64,000 bases of DNA from Deltaproteobacteria bacterium (GTDB taxonomy: Bacteria > Desulfobacterota > BSN033 > UBA1163). Where the stretch lies: assembly GCA_018333535.1 (NCBI GenBank), contig JAGXTA010000071.1, positions 99,100 through 163,099 of the forward strand. Direction: 5' to 3'. The position numbers and the translations under genes are program-made. The notes beneath the pieces are model-generated. The model saw only the letters and a program-made list of their open reading frames with translations. It made no database searches and had not been told where the DNA came from. Positions 1 to 10,422 of the stretch are shown here, piece after piece; position 1 is the first letter of the stretch, and each line of letters begins with the position of its first letter.

Positions 1-727
1 TTACCGCCCGGCTAACTTCCCAGACCATCCTCAAGGCAATTGGTTTAATCGCAGGCCCTGAAAGTCCCCCGGTCACATTTCCCAACTCGGGTTTTTTTGT
101 ATGGATGTTAATGGCCATTGCCTTGAAAGTATTGATGAGCGAGACCGCATCCGCGCCTCCTTCCTCTGCGCTTCGGGCAATGACCGTAATGTCGGTGACA
201 TTTGGCGAAAGCTTAACGATGAGGGGCCGTCTGATGGATTTTTTCACTTCTGACACGAGTCGATACGTCATTTTAGAGTCCGAACCAAAGATGATTCCTC
301 CCTGTTTTACATTGGGGCAGGAGATATTCATTTCAAGCCCTGAAATTCCATCGAGGGAATCCAACCGTCTGGCCAATTCGACATATTCCGCTTGAGTCTT
401 TCCAAAAAAGTTGATGATGAGATTCGTTTTGATCTTTTTTAAATAGGGGAGCTTCTCTTTGATGAAGACCTGAAGCCCTGGGTTTTGAAGGCCAATGGAA
501 TTAAGAATCCCGCCATTCGTCTCAAAAATTCTTGGAGGAGGATTTCCCTGCATGGGGTTCAAAGAAATCCCTTTTGGGATAATGGCCCCGAGTTGGCTCA
601 AGTCCATAAAATTTTCAAATTCCTGCCCATATCCGAATGTCCCTGAAGCGACGATCACAGGATTTTTTAATTCCATCTTTCCGATACGGATAGATAACTC
701 AGGATGATGAACAGATTTCATCTTCAT
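1..727 (-). CDS. pyrD: Dihydroorotate dehydrogenase B catalytic subunit (3' end outside window)
   Basis: Manual translation from ATG at 727: MKMKSVHHPELSIRIGKMELKNPVIVASGTFGYG...GNVTGGLSGPAIKPIALRMVWEV; lies directly downstream of pyrK. Confidence 0.9.
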   Translation of the reverse strand, partial: MKMKSVHHPELSIRIGKMELKNPVIVASGTFGYGQEFENFMDLSQLGAIIPKGISLNPMQGNPPPRIFETNGGILNSIGLQNPGLQVFIKEKLPYLKKIKTNLIINFFGKTQAEYVELARRLDSLDGISGLEMNISCPNVKQGGIIFGSDSKMTYRLVSEVKKSIRRPLIVKLSPNVTDITVIARSAEEGGADAVSLINTFKAMAINIHTKKPELGNVTGGLSGPAIKPIALRMVWEVSRAV

Positions 728-784
728 TCCAAGATAGATTTCCGAAAAATCTAAAAATCTCTAATCAGAGAGCGAGAAGTAGTT

Positions 785-1600
785 TTAAGAGCTCTCCCAG
801 ACGATCTCTGACAACGGGAAGACAGGTCCATCTTTGCAGACCCGTCGATATGCCATTTCGGTGTCCCTCGTCTTGACTACACATCCCCAGCAGGCCCCGA
901 ATCCACAGCCCATACGAGCCTCAAGGGAAACCTGAATGATCCATTTCTTCGATTTGAGCGCCTTTGATAGCGACTTAACCATCCCCTCCGGTCCACAAAT
1001 ATAGACATGGTGGGGTCGACCCCTATCAAACCTTTCGATTTCAGATAGAAATAGGTCAACGACGGTCCCTTTTTTGCCCAAACTTCCATCCTCTGTGGCA
1101 ATAAAAACCTTTCCCTTTGGAAAGTCGTCCTCACATAAGATATCGTCTTTTGTCTTTCCGCCGATAAAAACATATATTTTTTCTGAACACAGCGCCTCTC
1201 CAAGGGCAGAGAGAGAGGCCATGCCCACTCCTCCCCCGATTAAAATAGTTGCCGCCGGAGAGGGAAGGGGGGGTAAGATAAACCCATTGCCCAGAGGACC
1301 TATCAGATTAACCTTTTGCCCTTCTTTGAAGGTTGACATCTTCTGGGTGCCTTTCCCCACCTTTTTATATAAAATGGAAAGCTGCCCCCTTTTCTCTTTA
1401 CTGGGATGCAGGGTCGAATAGCTCTTGTAAATGGAAAACGGTCGTCTCAGAAGAGGGTGGTGATTATCGGACGTGCTGATCATGACAAACTGCCCTGGTT
1501 TTGCTTCATTGGCAATAGCAGGACAGTCTATTTCAAGCAAGAAATAGATCGATTTAATTTTTCTGTTGTTGAGGACAATCCCGTCAGTTTGGAGAGCCAT
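785..1600 (-). CDS. pyrK: Dihydroorotate dehydrogenase electron transfer subunit
   Basis: LLRRPFS FAD motif, GPLGNGF, GGGVG, [2Fe-2S] motif MGCGFGACWGC...VCKDGPVF. Confidence 0.9.
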   Translation of the reverse strand: MALQTDGIVLNNRKIKSIYFLLEIDCPAIANEAKPGQFVMISTSDNHHPLLRRPFSIYKSYSTLHPSKEKRGQLSILYKKVGKGTQKMSTFKEGQKVNLIGPLGNGFILPPLPSPAATILIGGGVGMASLSALGEALCSEKIYVFIGGKTKDDILCEDDFPKGKVFIATEDGSLGKKGTVVDLFLSEIERFDRGRPHHVYICGPEGMVKSLSKALKSKKWIIQVSLEARMGCGFGACWGCVVKTRDTEMAYRRVCKDGPVFPLSEIVWESS

Positions 1601-1622
1601 CTTTTTTCCGAAATAAAAGTTA

Positions 1623-1780
1623 CGTTTATCGTTGTCGAAGCTCGTATCGAGACTCGCTTGTCGAAACTGGAGGCTCGGATTTTATTCGAGTTTCGGGCCT
1701 CGTGCTTCTAATTTCGATACGAGCATCGTTACCGTAAACCTCTTTTTTACTTTAACCGATTAACCTTAAATGAAACGGGC
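1623..1780. repeat. Intergenic palindromic repeat family A, copy 1
   Basis: GCTCGTATCGA (1640-1650) and its inverse TCGATACGAGC (1714-1724); similar to copies at 16990, 18929 and 23352. Confidence 0.85.
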
Positions 1781-1784
1781 CAAG

Positions 1785-2231
1785 TCATCTCTCCATAAGA
1801 AGCGCATCATATTTTCCCTGATAAAAATTCTTTCTTTTTCCTGCTTCCTGATAAGCAAAGGATTGATAGAGTCGGAAAGCTGGAATATTTTGAGGGTTGA
1901 CCTCAAGATAATATTTCTTCACTCCTTTTTGGCAACAAAAATCAATGTAGAATTCCATTAATCTTTTACCCAGCCCTTTTTTTTGATGCATGGGATCAAT
2001 GCAGATGTTGAGGAGCTCCGATTCTTCTCCGACATTCCTAAAGCAGATAAAACCGAGAGGGACATCTTCCTCCTCCCTGCATATAAGAAAGCAATGAGAA
2101 AAGGGGTGGGCAACCTCCCCAAGCAACATATCCCTCGACCAGGGATTTAATATAGAGGTGGCGGCAATGGGGACGACCTCATCCACATCCTCTATTTCCA
2201 TCTTTTTAATCCTTAACTTTTCTGATCCCAT
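1785..2231 (-). CDS. rimI: Ribosomal protein S18 alanine N-acetyltransferase (GNAT)
   Basis: PWS...ELLNICIDP..QKKGLG..LEV...N..A..LY....RKNFY....DALLM pattern. Confidence 0.85.
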   Translation of the reverse strand: MGSEKLRIKKMEIEDVDEVVPIAATSILNPWSRDMLLGEVAHPFSHCFLICREEEDVPLGFICFRNVGEESELLNICIDPMHQKKGLGKRLMEFYIDFCCQKGVKKYYLEVNPQNIPAFRLYQSFAYQEAGKRKNFYQGKYDALLMER

Positions 2232-2271
2232 TTATTTCATTAAAAACAGCGACATTAGTCACAGCAAAGGG

Positions 2272-2335
2272 TGTCATTCCTGCGAAAGCAGGAATCCAGG
2301 AAAACACTGGATTCCGTGTCAAGCACGGAATGACA
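2272..2335. repeat. REP/dRS3-like compound palindrome
   Basis: TGTCATTCCTGCGAAAGCAGGAATCCAG...CTGGATTCCGTGTCAAGCACGGAATGACA: outer stem with two inner hairpins. Confidence 0.75.
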
Positions 2336-2379
2336 GACTGAACACGATTTATGTCCTCACCTACAAACCCTCATCACCT

Positions 2380-4284
2380 TTACTTAGGTTCAATATAACG
2401 CAGTAATTCCGACGCCGCTTTTTTAAGCTCCTCATCTTTTGCCTGGTTCAGGATGGTCAGATACGATCGCTTGGCCTCCTCATATTTCCCGTTTTTCCTC
2501 TGAAGATTCCCGATTTCGAGATGGGTCAAAAAGAACCACGGCGAGCTTTCCTGAAGATATCTCAGGGCCATTTCAAAACTTTTAAACGCCTTATCGTGCT
2601 TTCCCTGCTGGTAAAATATTTCCCCCAAACTAAAGTAAGTTCCGCCCAACCATTCGGGACGGCCCCCCTTGAGGATCATGGAATAATAGTGGATCGATTC
2701 TAAAATACTGTTTTGTTTAAAAAATAGTTTCCCCAACTGGAAAGCGGCATGGGTTGCGAGAGGATGATGCGGGAAATCTTCAACGACCTTCTTAAACGCT
2801 TTTTCAGCTTCCCAATTTTCCTTTAGCGATAAGTAAATGTTTCCCGTCTGGGTTAAGGCAAAGAGTTTCCAATGAGGATATTTATCTTTCTGAGCAAGAA
2901 GCCCGTATGCCTCAAAGGCCTGGTTCCAATTTCCGGATTGACTGAAGCATTCTCCCTTAATGAAGAGGCTTTCCTCAATATTGGGAGAGTTTGGAAACTC
3001 AAGCAATAAGATGTCCAAGTTGGTGATGGCCTCTCTGAATTTATTATCATAAAAATAGGCCTTTCCGATACGGTAAAGAGCCTTCTCCCTATAGTTCGTA
3101 TTCAGGACGTTAAAATAGTAGGGAAGGGAGTCCGTGATTCTGCCCTCTAAAAAGGCTATCTCACCATTGAGCCACTGGAGAACCGCCTTTTCATCATCAA
3201 ACGCGTTCAATTTTTGGAGCCTCTGAAATACTTTATGGGCTCCCGAAAGGTCGTTCTGTTGCATATGGTTCCAGAAAAGGGAAAGGAAAGCAATCCCCCA
3301 GAATGGATTTTCCTTTGATTTTGTAAAAATAAGATTGAGTTCTTTTATCGATGAGGGATGGTCGCTGCTCTGCAGGAATATCTCTCCCAATAAATAATGG
3401 GTGAATAGAAGGAGCGGAGAATCTTTGGCCTGGGGTTTAAAGGATTGGAGGGTTTCGATCGCCTCTTTAAAATGACCGATTCGGTAATCACAAAAGGCCA
3501 TTTTCCACAAGACTTCCGGGATGACGACATCCTCCTTGAAACGTTCATTGAACGTCCCGTAGATATTCTTCGCTTCATCGAACTTCCCTTGCTTCAAATA
3601 AGTTTCGCCTAACCAGAGCAAGGCGTATTTAAAAAAAGGGGGAGAAGCAGGTTTAAGATCGGACATCATCGTCTTAAAAAACCCCGCCGCCTCCTCGAAG
3701 TGGTTCTGCTTATAAGACAAGATTCCCAGCCAGAAATGAGAGGCTTGAATGAGCTCATTGTTTTTAGAGGCAAGGGATACTTTTTTAAAATGGGAGCCTG
3801 CCTGGGAGGTTCGATTCGATCCAACATCAATCAATCCGAGGTAATAATAAACCCGATCCATGCCTTCAAATTTGGGGTATCGATTGAGAATGGAGACGAG
3901 ATATCTTCTGGCTCCTTCGTTGTTTCCAAATCTGAGTTCAATATCGGCCAACCAGAAAAGGGTGTATTCCGTATAATCAAATGCTTTGTTCTCATTGATG
4001 ATCTTTAAAAAAATGGATCGGGATTCTTTCAGCTTTTCTTTGAGATAGAGCGTTTTTCCCAGAAGATAACAGATGTCATATAATTTCCCGTGTTCAGGAT
4101 AATCACGAAGGAATTGTGAAAATTGTTTTTCGGCAATATCATAAAAGCCATCATTGAAGGCACCGGTCCCAACCCAGATCAGCTTTTCATCTTCACCAAG
4201 AATCCTTGCGAAGGCATCCTGGCCAGAAAAAAACCCCATCGACCAAAAAACAAAAAGTGTATAAAAAATGATACGTTTGGCCAT
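2380..4284 (-). CDS. Exported multi-TPR protein (BamD/CpoB-like repeats)
   Basis: Signal-peptide-like N-terminus followed by tandem TPR motifs throughout. Confidence 0.8.
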   Translation of the reverse strand: MAKRIIFYTLFVFWSMGFFSGQDAFARILGEDEKLIWVGTGAFNDGFYDIAEKQFSQFLRDYPEHGKLYDICYLLGKTLYLKEKLKESRSIFLKIINENKAFDYTEYTLFWLADIELRFGNNEGARRYLVSILNRYPKFEGMDRVYYYLGLIDVGSNRTSQAGSHFKKVSLASKNNELIQASHFWLGILSYKQNHFEEAAGFFKTMMSDLKPASPPFFKYALLWLGETYLKQGKFDEAKNIYGTFNERFKEDVVIPEVLWKMAFCDYRIGHFKEAIETLQSFKPQAKDSPLLLFTHYLLGEIFLQSSDHPSSIKELNLIFTKSKENPFWGIAFLSLFWNHMQQNDLSGAHKVFQRLQKLNAFDDEKAVLQWLNGEIAFLEGRITDSLPYYFNVLNTNYREKALYRIGKAYFYDNKFREAITNLDILLLEFPNSPNIEESLFIKGECFSQSGNWNQAFEAYGLLAQKDKYPHWKLFALTQTGNIYLSLKENWEAEKAFKKVVEDFPHHPLATHAAFQLGKLFFKQNSILESIHYYSMILKGGRPEWLGGTYFSLGEIFYQQGKHDKAFKSFEMALRYLQESSPWFFLTHLEIGNLQRKNGKYEEAKRSYLTILNQAKDEELKKAASELLRYIEPK

Positions 4285-4285
4285 T

Positions 4286-4888
4286 TCAGAACGACTTCCT
4301 TATTTCTTTGATAAGGTTTATATCTTCAGGAGTATTAATATTGATAAAAGACTCCTTTGTCCGGTCTAAATTGATAAACTCGGGCTCTTCAATGATTTTT
4401 ATCCTTACCAGGGGGTAGAAATCAAGGATTTTGTATTTCCCCATATCGATAAGTTTTTTTATGGGCGGTATGCAACTTTTTGAGTAGATGGCGTGCAAGG
4501 GCTGCAATCCATCATCCGTTCGGGGCACAATCGCATCAAATCCGTCGGCCTGTTTGATGAGATACTGGATCATGGACTCCTTGAGAAAAGGCATATCGCA
4601 GGCAACACAAAAAGAGTATGAGTTCGATGCGAAAAAGAGCCCTGTATACAACCCTCCGAGGGCGCCGTGATTGACAATGAGGTCGCTTACTATCTTTGCC
4701 TTAAAACTCTCATACGATTCTTTTTGATTGGTGACAATGATAATTTCATTAAATAATTTTTCCAAAATATTATAAATCCTTTGAATGATCGGGATGCCAT
4801 CGATTTCAATGAAAGCCTTATCTCTGCCCATTCGGGCGCTTTTACCGCCAGACAGGATGATTCCCGTCACACCATATCTTTTTTCCAA
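4286..4888 (-). CDS. mobA: Molybdenum cofactor guanylyltransferase
   Basis: ILSGGKSARMGRDKA, GALGGLYTGL, VACDMPF, QPLHAIY, FININTPED. Confidence 0.9.
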   Translation of the reverse strand: MEKRYGVTGIILSGGKSARMGRDKAFIEIDGIPIIQRIYNILEKLFNEIIIVTNQKESYESFKAKIVSDLIVNHGALGGLYTGLFFASNSYSFCVACDMPFLKESMIQYLIKQADGFDAIVPRTDDGLQPLHAIYSKSCIPPIKKLIDMGKYKILDFYPLVRIKIIEEPEFINLDRTKESFININTPEDINLIKEIRKSF

Positions 4889-4929
4889 AAGGCCACCAAT
4901 AATGTCTGATAAGATATATTATGTAAACT

Positions 4930-6033
4930 TTAGCTTTCAGGTCTAAAAAACTTCTTCCAGCCTTCTCCCTCTCTACCCTTTTTTACGCCTATCTCTTCGA
5001 ATTCCCGGAGTATCTCCTCCTGTCTCTTAGTTAGGTTTTTTGGCGTTTTAACAAATATTTGAACAATAAGGTCGCCCCTGCCATACCCTCTGATTTTTGG
5101 AAAACCTTCGGCTTTAATCTTTAAAATCTCTCCGTTTTCCGTTCCCCTGGGGATTGTAAGGTTCTTTTTACCGTTTAAGGTGGGGATTTCGATCTCTGTT
5201 CCTAACGCTGCCTTGGAAAAACTGATGGGGACTTGGCAGACGATATCATCGCCATCTCTAACAAAGAATTCATGTGGTTCTACAAAGAGAAAGACGAAAA
5301 GGTCTCCAGGGGGACCGCCCCTTTCGCCCTCTTCTCCCTCTCCCCGTATTCTTAATTTTGAGCCTGTATCAACCCCAGGGGGTATCTTGATCTTGATCTT
5401 TTTGGTTTTCTTAACCCAGCCAGAGCCGCGGCATTCCTTACAGGGATGAGAGATGTATTTTCCCTCCCCATGGCATTGACCACAGGTGGTGCTGATGGTG
5501 AAAAAACCCTGTGAACGGATCGTCTGCCCTGTTCCTTTGCAATTGGGGCATTGAACCGGGGAAGTCCCTGGTTTGGAGCCTGTTCCACCGCAGACTTCAC
5601 ACGCTTCTCTTTTGGGAATTTCGATCTCATCTTCTTTTCCAAAGGCGGCTTCATAGAATGAGATCCGTAAGTCATATCTTAAGTCAGCCCCCTGTCGCGG
5701 CCTGGATCTCCCCTGAGACGTTCTCCCAAAACCAAAGAAATCTTCAAAGATATCTCCGAAAGAAGCAAAGATATCCTCGAAGCCTCTGAATCCTGTAAAT
5801 CCGGTTCCTTTTAATCCCTCTATCCCGTAATGATCGTAGATCTCTCTCTTCTGAGGGTCCCTCAAGACTTCATAGGCTTCCGAGGCTACTTTAAACTTTT
5901 CTTCCGCCTCCTTATCTCCTGGATTCCGGTCGGGATGGCACTCCATCGCCACTTTTCGATAAGCTTTTTTGATCTCTTCCTCATTGGCATTTCGCGTGAC
6001 GCCGAGGATCTTATAATAATCTCTGTTTTCCAT
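4930..6033 (-). CDS. dnaJ: Chaperone DnaJ (class A)
   Basis: J-domain HPD motif, G/F-rich region, four CxxCxGxG repeats. Confidence 0.95.
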   Translation of the reverse strand: MENRDYYKILGVTRNANEEEIKKAYRKVAMECHPDRNPGDKEAEEKFKVASEAYEVLRDPQKREIYDHYGIEGLKGTGFTGFRGFEDIFASFGDIFEDFFGFGRTSQGRSRPRQGADLRYDLRISFYEAAFGKEDEIEIPKREACEVCGGTGSKPGTSPVQCPNCKGTGQTIRSQGFFTISTTCGQCHGEGKYISHPCKECRGSGWVKKTKKIKIKIPPGVDTGSKLRIRGEGEEGERGGPPGDLFVFLFVEPHEFFVRDGDDIVCQVPISFSKAALGTEIEIPTLNGKKNLTIPRGTENGEILKIKAEGFPKIRGYGRGDLIVQIFVKTPKNLTKRQEEILREFEEIGVKKGREGEGWKKFFRPES

Positions 6034-6112
6034 GCCGTTTAAGAAGCATCATCCTGGAACTTATTTTTCAACATTCCATTATTCCAATATTCCATTATTC
6101 CGGAATAGGGAC

Positions 6113-6451
6113 TTATTTGTCGTAATCCTCGAGGATCTTGCCGGTCCTTCCTCGTTCTACGATCTCATCCATTTTGGGGCCTAAATCGACTCCCATCTCC
6201 TTCATCCTTTTTTTTGCCCAGAGACCGACATTTCGGGAGTCCTTATAGAAATCGTCCCCCTTTGGTTTGGAGGTGTCAAGGCCGGCCAGACGGGATCCTT
6301 CAGTCTGGTGGACTGAAAAGGAAGATATTAATCTTTTGAGGTCATTGCCGCCACAAAACTTGCACTTGACCTTCCTGATTTCCCTTGAGTTGAGAAATAA
6401 CTGGCTGAACTCCCTTTCACATTGATTGCATCGATACTCGTAAATAGGCAT
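6113..6451 (-). CDS. FmdB-family zinc ribbon protein
   Basis: MPIYEYRCxxC...CxxCG motif. Confidence 0.85.
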   Translation of the reverse strand: MPIYEYRCNQCEREFSQLFLNSREIRKVKCKFCGGNDLKRLISSFSVHQTEGSRLAGLDTSKPKGDDFYKDSRNVGLWAKKRMKEMGVDLGPKMDEIVERGRTGKILEDYDK

Positions 6452-6453
6452 CC

Positions 6454-6690
6454 TTATTTTCCCTTGCTTGCCTTTTTCTTTAACCCCTTCTTTTTAGATG
6501 GACTCTCATTTTCTGAGGACGATTCAAATTCTTCAATGTCAGCCCTATCTTCTTCCGGAAGAAATATCTTATCACTTGCATCCGGCAATCTGGACAGATG
6601 GATTTCATAGTCCTTTTGGATGATGACTCTGTCTTTGATGTTCCTTTCGATATTTCTCTTGTCGAACTTCTTACTCTCGTCTACGTGCAT
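6454..6690 (-). CDS. Hypothetical protein
   Basis: ATG at 6690 preceded by AAGGAG; FDKRNIERN motif; abuts the next gene. Confidence 0.65.
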   Translation of the reverse strand: MHVDESKKFDKRNIERNIKDRVIIQKDYEIHLSRLPDASDKIFLPEEDRADIEEFESSSENESPSKKKGLKKKASKGK

Positions 6691-6922
6691 ATGAGTCTCC
6701 TTTTCGTAGAAAAAGAATTGAACGATTGGCAGCGAATGCACTGAATTCACATCCATTCGTATAATTCGTTTTCATTCGAGTTATTCGTTTAATGCTTCAT
6801 CATAAGAAATAGCATAATTCCGCATCACCTTCAAGGTGTTTCGTAACTTATTGTTAATTAAAGATAATTTAAGCATCCTGTAGACTGCCCGTTATTTATG
6901 AATGGAGAAATGTACAAAATTG

Positions 6923-6949
6923 TTGACAAATTACAAAAATGTCTATAAT
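6923..6949 (+). promoter_or_regulatory. Candidate sigma-70 promoter of the ketosynthase-kinase operon
   Basis: TTGACA at 6923 and TATAAT at 6944 (15-bp spacer; TAATAA at 17-bp spacing). Confidence 0.5.
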
Positions 6950-6991
6950 AATACGTAAGTTGTTTAACTCATTAAAAACTTTAAGAGAAAA

Positions 6992-8242
6992 ATGGACAAT
7001 CAAAAAAGAAGAGTAGTCATCACCGGTATGGGAGTCGTCGCCCCCAACGGGATCGGAATAGATAATTTCTGGGATTCCTTAGTCCACGGCCGGTCTGCAG
7101 TAAGAAGAATCACCCACTTCGACGCCTCCTCCTACCCCTGTCAAGTCGCCGCCGAAGTCCCCGATTTTGATCCCACGGATTATATGGATCCCAAAACTGC
7201 TAAAAGGTTGGACAAATTTGCCCAATTTGCTTTAGTAGCTTCAAAAATGGCTGTCGAAGATTCAAAATTTGATTTAGATTTAATTGATCCCTATAGGATT
7301 GGGGTAGCTATTGCAACTGGAATCGGTGGTGGGGAATGCAAAGAAAATCAACACATTATTTTTATGGAGAAAGGAGTCAAGAGAATAAGTCCTTTTACTG
7401 CAGTAATGATCTGTACTCATTCAGCTGCTGGTATTATTAGCTGTGAATTGGGAGTAAAAGGCCAAAATATTACAATATCTTCGGGTTGTACATCAGGGCT
7501 TGATGCAATCTACTCAGCTTATAATGCGATTCAATTAGGAGATGCTGATATAATGTTTGCTGGTGCCGGTGAAGCTCCCATTACACCTTATATTATTGCA
7601 ATTTTTTGTGCTGCCGGACTTCTTTCAAGGGATAATGGAGAACCAGAGAGAACGATTAAACCCTACGATTCTCGTGGAGAAGGAACAGTATTAGGGGAAG
7701 GAGGGGCCATATTGATATTGGAAGAGCTTCAAAGTGCTCTTAAAAGAAAAGCAAAAATATATGGCGAAATTTTAGGTTATGCTTCGTGCAATGAAGCTTA
7801 TAATATATTTAGAATAGATCCAAGCGGAGAAGCAACTGCAATGGTAATGAAAAAAGCAATAGAGATCGCTCACCTTAGCATAAAAGACATTGACTATATT
7901 AATGCTCATGGGAATGGTTCACCCGAATATGATTTAAATGAGACGGTTGCTATAAAAAAAGTTTTTGGCAAATCGGCAAACTCCATTCCTGTTACTTCAA
8001 TCAAACCAGTAACTGGGCAATCCTTTTCGGTTACTGGAATTCTCCAAATGATTACATGCCTATCAGTCATTAAACATGGTATTATCCCACCAACTATGAA
8101 TCATACAATTCCCTCAATAGGTTGTGATCTCGATTATGTGCCCAACCATTTCAGAAAGAAAGAAGTCAATATTGCCTTAATGAATGCTTTAGGATATGGT
8201 GGAGGTCATACAGCCCTGATCGCTGGTAGATTTAATTATTGA
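6992..8242 (+). CDS. FabF-like beta-ketoacyl synthase with non-canonical active site
   Basis: RRVVITGMG, catalytic Cys (SSGCTSG), NAHG His, GEGG; second catalytic His replaced (KPVTGQS in place of KSxxGH). Confidence 0.85.
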   Translation: MDNQKRRVVITGMGVVAPNGIGIDNFWDSLVHGRSAVRRITHFDASSYPCQVAAEVPDFDPTDYMDPKTAKRLDKFAQFALVASKMAVEDSKFDLDLIDPYRIGVAIATGIGGGECKENQHIIFMEKGVKRISPFTAVMICTHSAAGIISCELGVKGQNITISSGCTSGLDAIYSAYNAIQLGDADIMFAGAGEAPITPYIIAIFCAAGLLSRDNGEPERTIKPYDSRGEGTVLGEGGAILILEELQSALKRKAKIYGEILGYASCNEAYNIFRIDPSGEATAMVMKKAIEIAHLSIKDIDYINAHGNGSPEYDLNETVAIKKVFGKSANSIPVTSIKPVTGQSFSVTGILQMITCLSVIKHGIIPPTMNHTIPSIGCDLDYVPNHFRKKEVNIALMNALGYGGGHTALIAGRFNY

Positions 8243-10422
8243 ACTTGGAGAAAGATAAATTGTCCATCCCTACCATAACACTTTTATTTGCATTTTTAGT
8301 AAATTTAGGGCTTGGCCTTTTAGTATATATTAAAGCAACTTCTTACAAACGAGTAAATATTATTTTTGCCATCCTTGCCTGGTCTGCAGCCGGTTGGGCT
8401 TTTAGCTTTTTTCTGGTCTATCTTTTCACTGATAATCCTTTAAAATTATTTTTTGGAAGAATGGGTTTTGCAACATCGAGTATTATATCCACTGCATTTC
8501 TTTTATTTGCAATTATCTTTCCTAGTGAACAAAGAGCAGTTAGCTCATTTAAACTTATTATTTTGAGTTTGCCAGCTTTATTATTTTTGGGTTTATCTTT
8601 TACTGATAAGATAGTGTTTTCACTTGGCAGTGGTTTAAAAATGTTTTCCTATGGCCCATTTTATCCATTATTTTCTTTTTATTTAACAGGTTACATAATT
8701 TTAGGATTCGTTTTCTTGATAAAAACATATAGGAAGACTTCTGGACAAGAGAGACTCCAAGTTAAATACTGTTTATTGGGGATGTTTTTTACTTCGAGCC
8801 TTGGATTATTGAATAATTTATTTCTTCCGATGCTTGGGATTTCTATGCTTAATTGGCTCGGTCCGTCCTTAACAGTAATTATGGTAGGTTTTACAACCTA
8901 TTCCATTATTAAACATCGTTTGATGGATATTAATATTGTTTTTAAAAAAGGGACGACTTATATTCTTTTGTTGTTGCTTCTGTTTGTCCCCTCCTTTCTT
9001 TTAATCCTTCTTGGGCAGAAATTTTTCTATGGAAAAATTAATTATTTATTTACGGTGATGATGTTTTCGGTTCTTTTCCTGGTGGCACTCTTATTTTACA
9101 GGATCAAACCAAGGACTGAAAAGGCAGTGGACCAATTCCTTTTCAAAGAACGCTATAATTATCGCGAGACCCTGGGGGAATTGAGCAAGGCCATGGTGAA
9201 TATCCTCGATCTCCAATCACTTTTGAAGAAAATCATGGAGACCGTGACCCAAACCATGGGAGTGGATAAGGCGTCCCTGTTCTTATTGGATGACGAAAAA
9301 GGGGGTTATGATTTATTCGAATCGAAGAATATCAAGATGCCTGCCTCTTCGCCTCTCCTCCGCAAGGAGGCCCCTCTTCCCGGTTATTTACAGAAGATGA
9401 GAGAAATTGTTGTAAAAGAAGAATTAGCCAAAGGAACCAATATCCCCGAATTAAAAATGGTCATTGAGCAGATGACTTCGCTGGAAGCGGAGGTCAGCAT
9501 TCCCCTGCTTTCGAAAGGACAGCTTATCGGCATTATTAATCTCAGCCATAAATTCAATAAAGATGTCTATTATCAAGAGGACATTGAACTCCTCACCACT
9601 CTGGCCAATCAGACCGCCATTGCTGTTGAGAATGCAAGGCTCTTTGAAGACCTGAAAAGGTCAAAATCCTATATTCGCAGGGCGGACCGCCTCGCCTCCC
9701 TTGGAACCCTGACGGCAGGCCTGGCCCATGAAATTCGCAACCCCCTGGTTGCCATCAAGACGCTCACCCAGTTGTTGCCGGAACGGCTTGAGGATGAGGA
9801 ATTTCGTAATCATTTTCTAAAAATTGCCGCAGGAGAGGTCGATCGGATCTCACATCTGATCAATGAACTCCTCGATTTTGCCAGGCCTTCGATCCCAAAA
9901 TTGGAATTTGAAGATGTCAACAGCATTTTGGATGGAATGATCCTTCTGGTGTCGACAGAGAGCAAGAAAAAGAATGTTCATATTGAGAAACAATATGCGA
10001 CGGATCTTCCTTCCGTTAAGGTTGACCGGGAACAGATCAAGCAGGTTTTTTTAAACATCCTGCTAAACGCCATTGAAGCAACTCCTGAGAATGGGAAAAT
10101 CACTGTAAAAACCCATTCTTTTTTAAAACCCGGAGGGGAACCCTATCTTCAGGTCGAATTTAAGGATACGGGATGCGGCATCCCTCAAGAATATTTAGAG
10201 GAAATTTTCAATCCCTTTTATACAACGAAAACGACGGGAAGCGGCCTGGGACTGTCGATCTCCAACCAGATCGTACGGGACCACAAAGGATATATTGATG
10301 TTGAGAGTCAAAAGGACAAAGGGACCTCTTTCTTCATCAATTTGCCCGTGGACCAGGACCATCCAAGAAGAAGACGAGTTGATCTCGAAACTCAGCATAC
10401 GCCTTTTTTTGAGCCACGATGA
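8239..10422 (+). CDS. Sensor histidine kinase: N-terminal 7TM-type membrane domain, GAF, HisKA, HATPase
   Basis: Multiple TM helices, GAF-like region, LAHEIRNPL H-box, N box, DTGCG and GSGLGL G-boxes; TTG start overlaps the stop of the ketosynthase gene. Confidence 0.9.
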   Translation: MNLEKDKLSIPTITLLFAFLVNLGLGLLVYIKATSYKRVNIIFAILAWSAAGWAFSFFLVYLFTDNPLKLFFGRMGFATSSIISTAFLLFAIIFPSEQRAVSSFKLIILSLPALLFLGLSFTDKIVFSLGSGLKMFSYGPFYPLFSFYLTGYIILGFVFLIKTYRKTSGQERLQVKYCLLGMFFTSSLGLLNNLFLPMLGISMLNWLGPSLTVIMVGFTTYSIIKHRLMDINIVFKKGTTYILLLLLLFVPSFLLILLGQKFFYGKINYLFTVMMFSVLFLVALLFYRIKPRTEKAVDQFLFKERYNYRETLGELSKAMVNILDLQSLLKKIMETVTQTMGVDKASLFLLDDEKGGYDLFESKNIKMPASSPLLRKEAPLPGYLQKMREIVVKEELAKGTNIPELKMVIEQMTSLEAEVSIPLLSKGQLIGIINLSHKFNKDVYYQEDIELLTTLANQTAIAVENARLFEDLKRSKSYIRRADRLASLGTLTAGLAHEIRNPLVAIKTLTQLLPERLEDEEFRNHFLKIAAGEVDRISHLINELLDFARPSIPKLEFEDVNSILDGMILLVSTESKKKNVHIEKQYATDLPSVKVDREQIKQVFLNILLNAIEATPENGKITVKTHSFLKPGGEPYLQVEFKDTGCGIPQEYLEEIFNPFYTTKTTGSGLGLSISNQIVRDHKGYIDVESQKDKGTSFFINLPVDQDHPRRRRVDLETQHTPFFEPR

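Noticed and set aside
105..707. Plus-strand ORFs 105-395 and 495-707, and similar short antisense ORFs throughout the track
   Set aside because: They are shadows of well-supported genes on the opposite strand (here pyrD).
6992..8242. Housekeeping fabF
   Set aside because: No acpP/fabG/fabD context and an altered catalytic His, so the gene symbol was withheld.
8239..10422. Calling the kinase PrsK of the PEP-CTERM system
   Set aside because: The architecture is similar, but the H-box is HEIRNP (NtrB-like) rather than the HDLKN I associate with PrsK, and it is coupled to a ketosynthase far from the PEP-CTERM genes.
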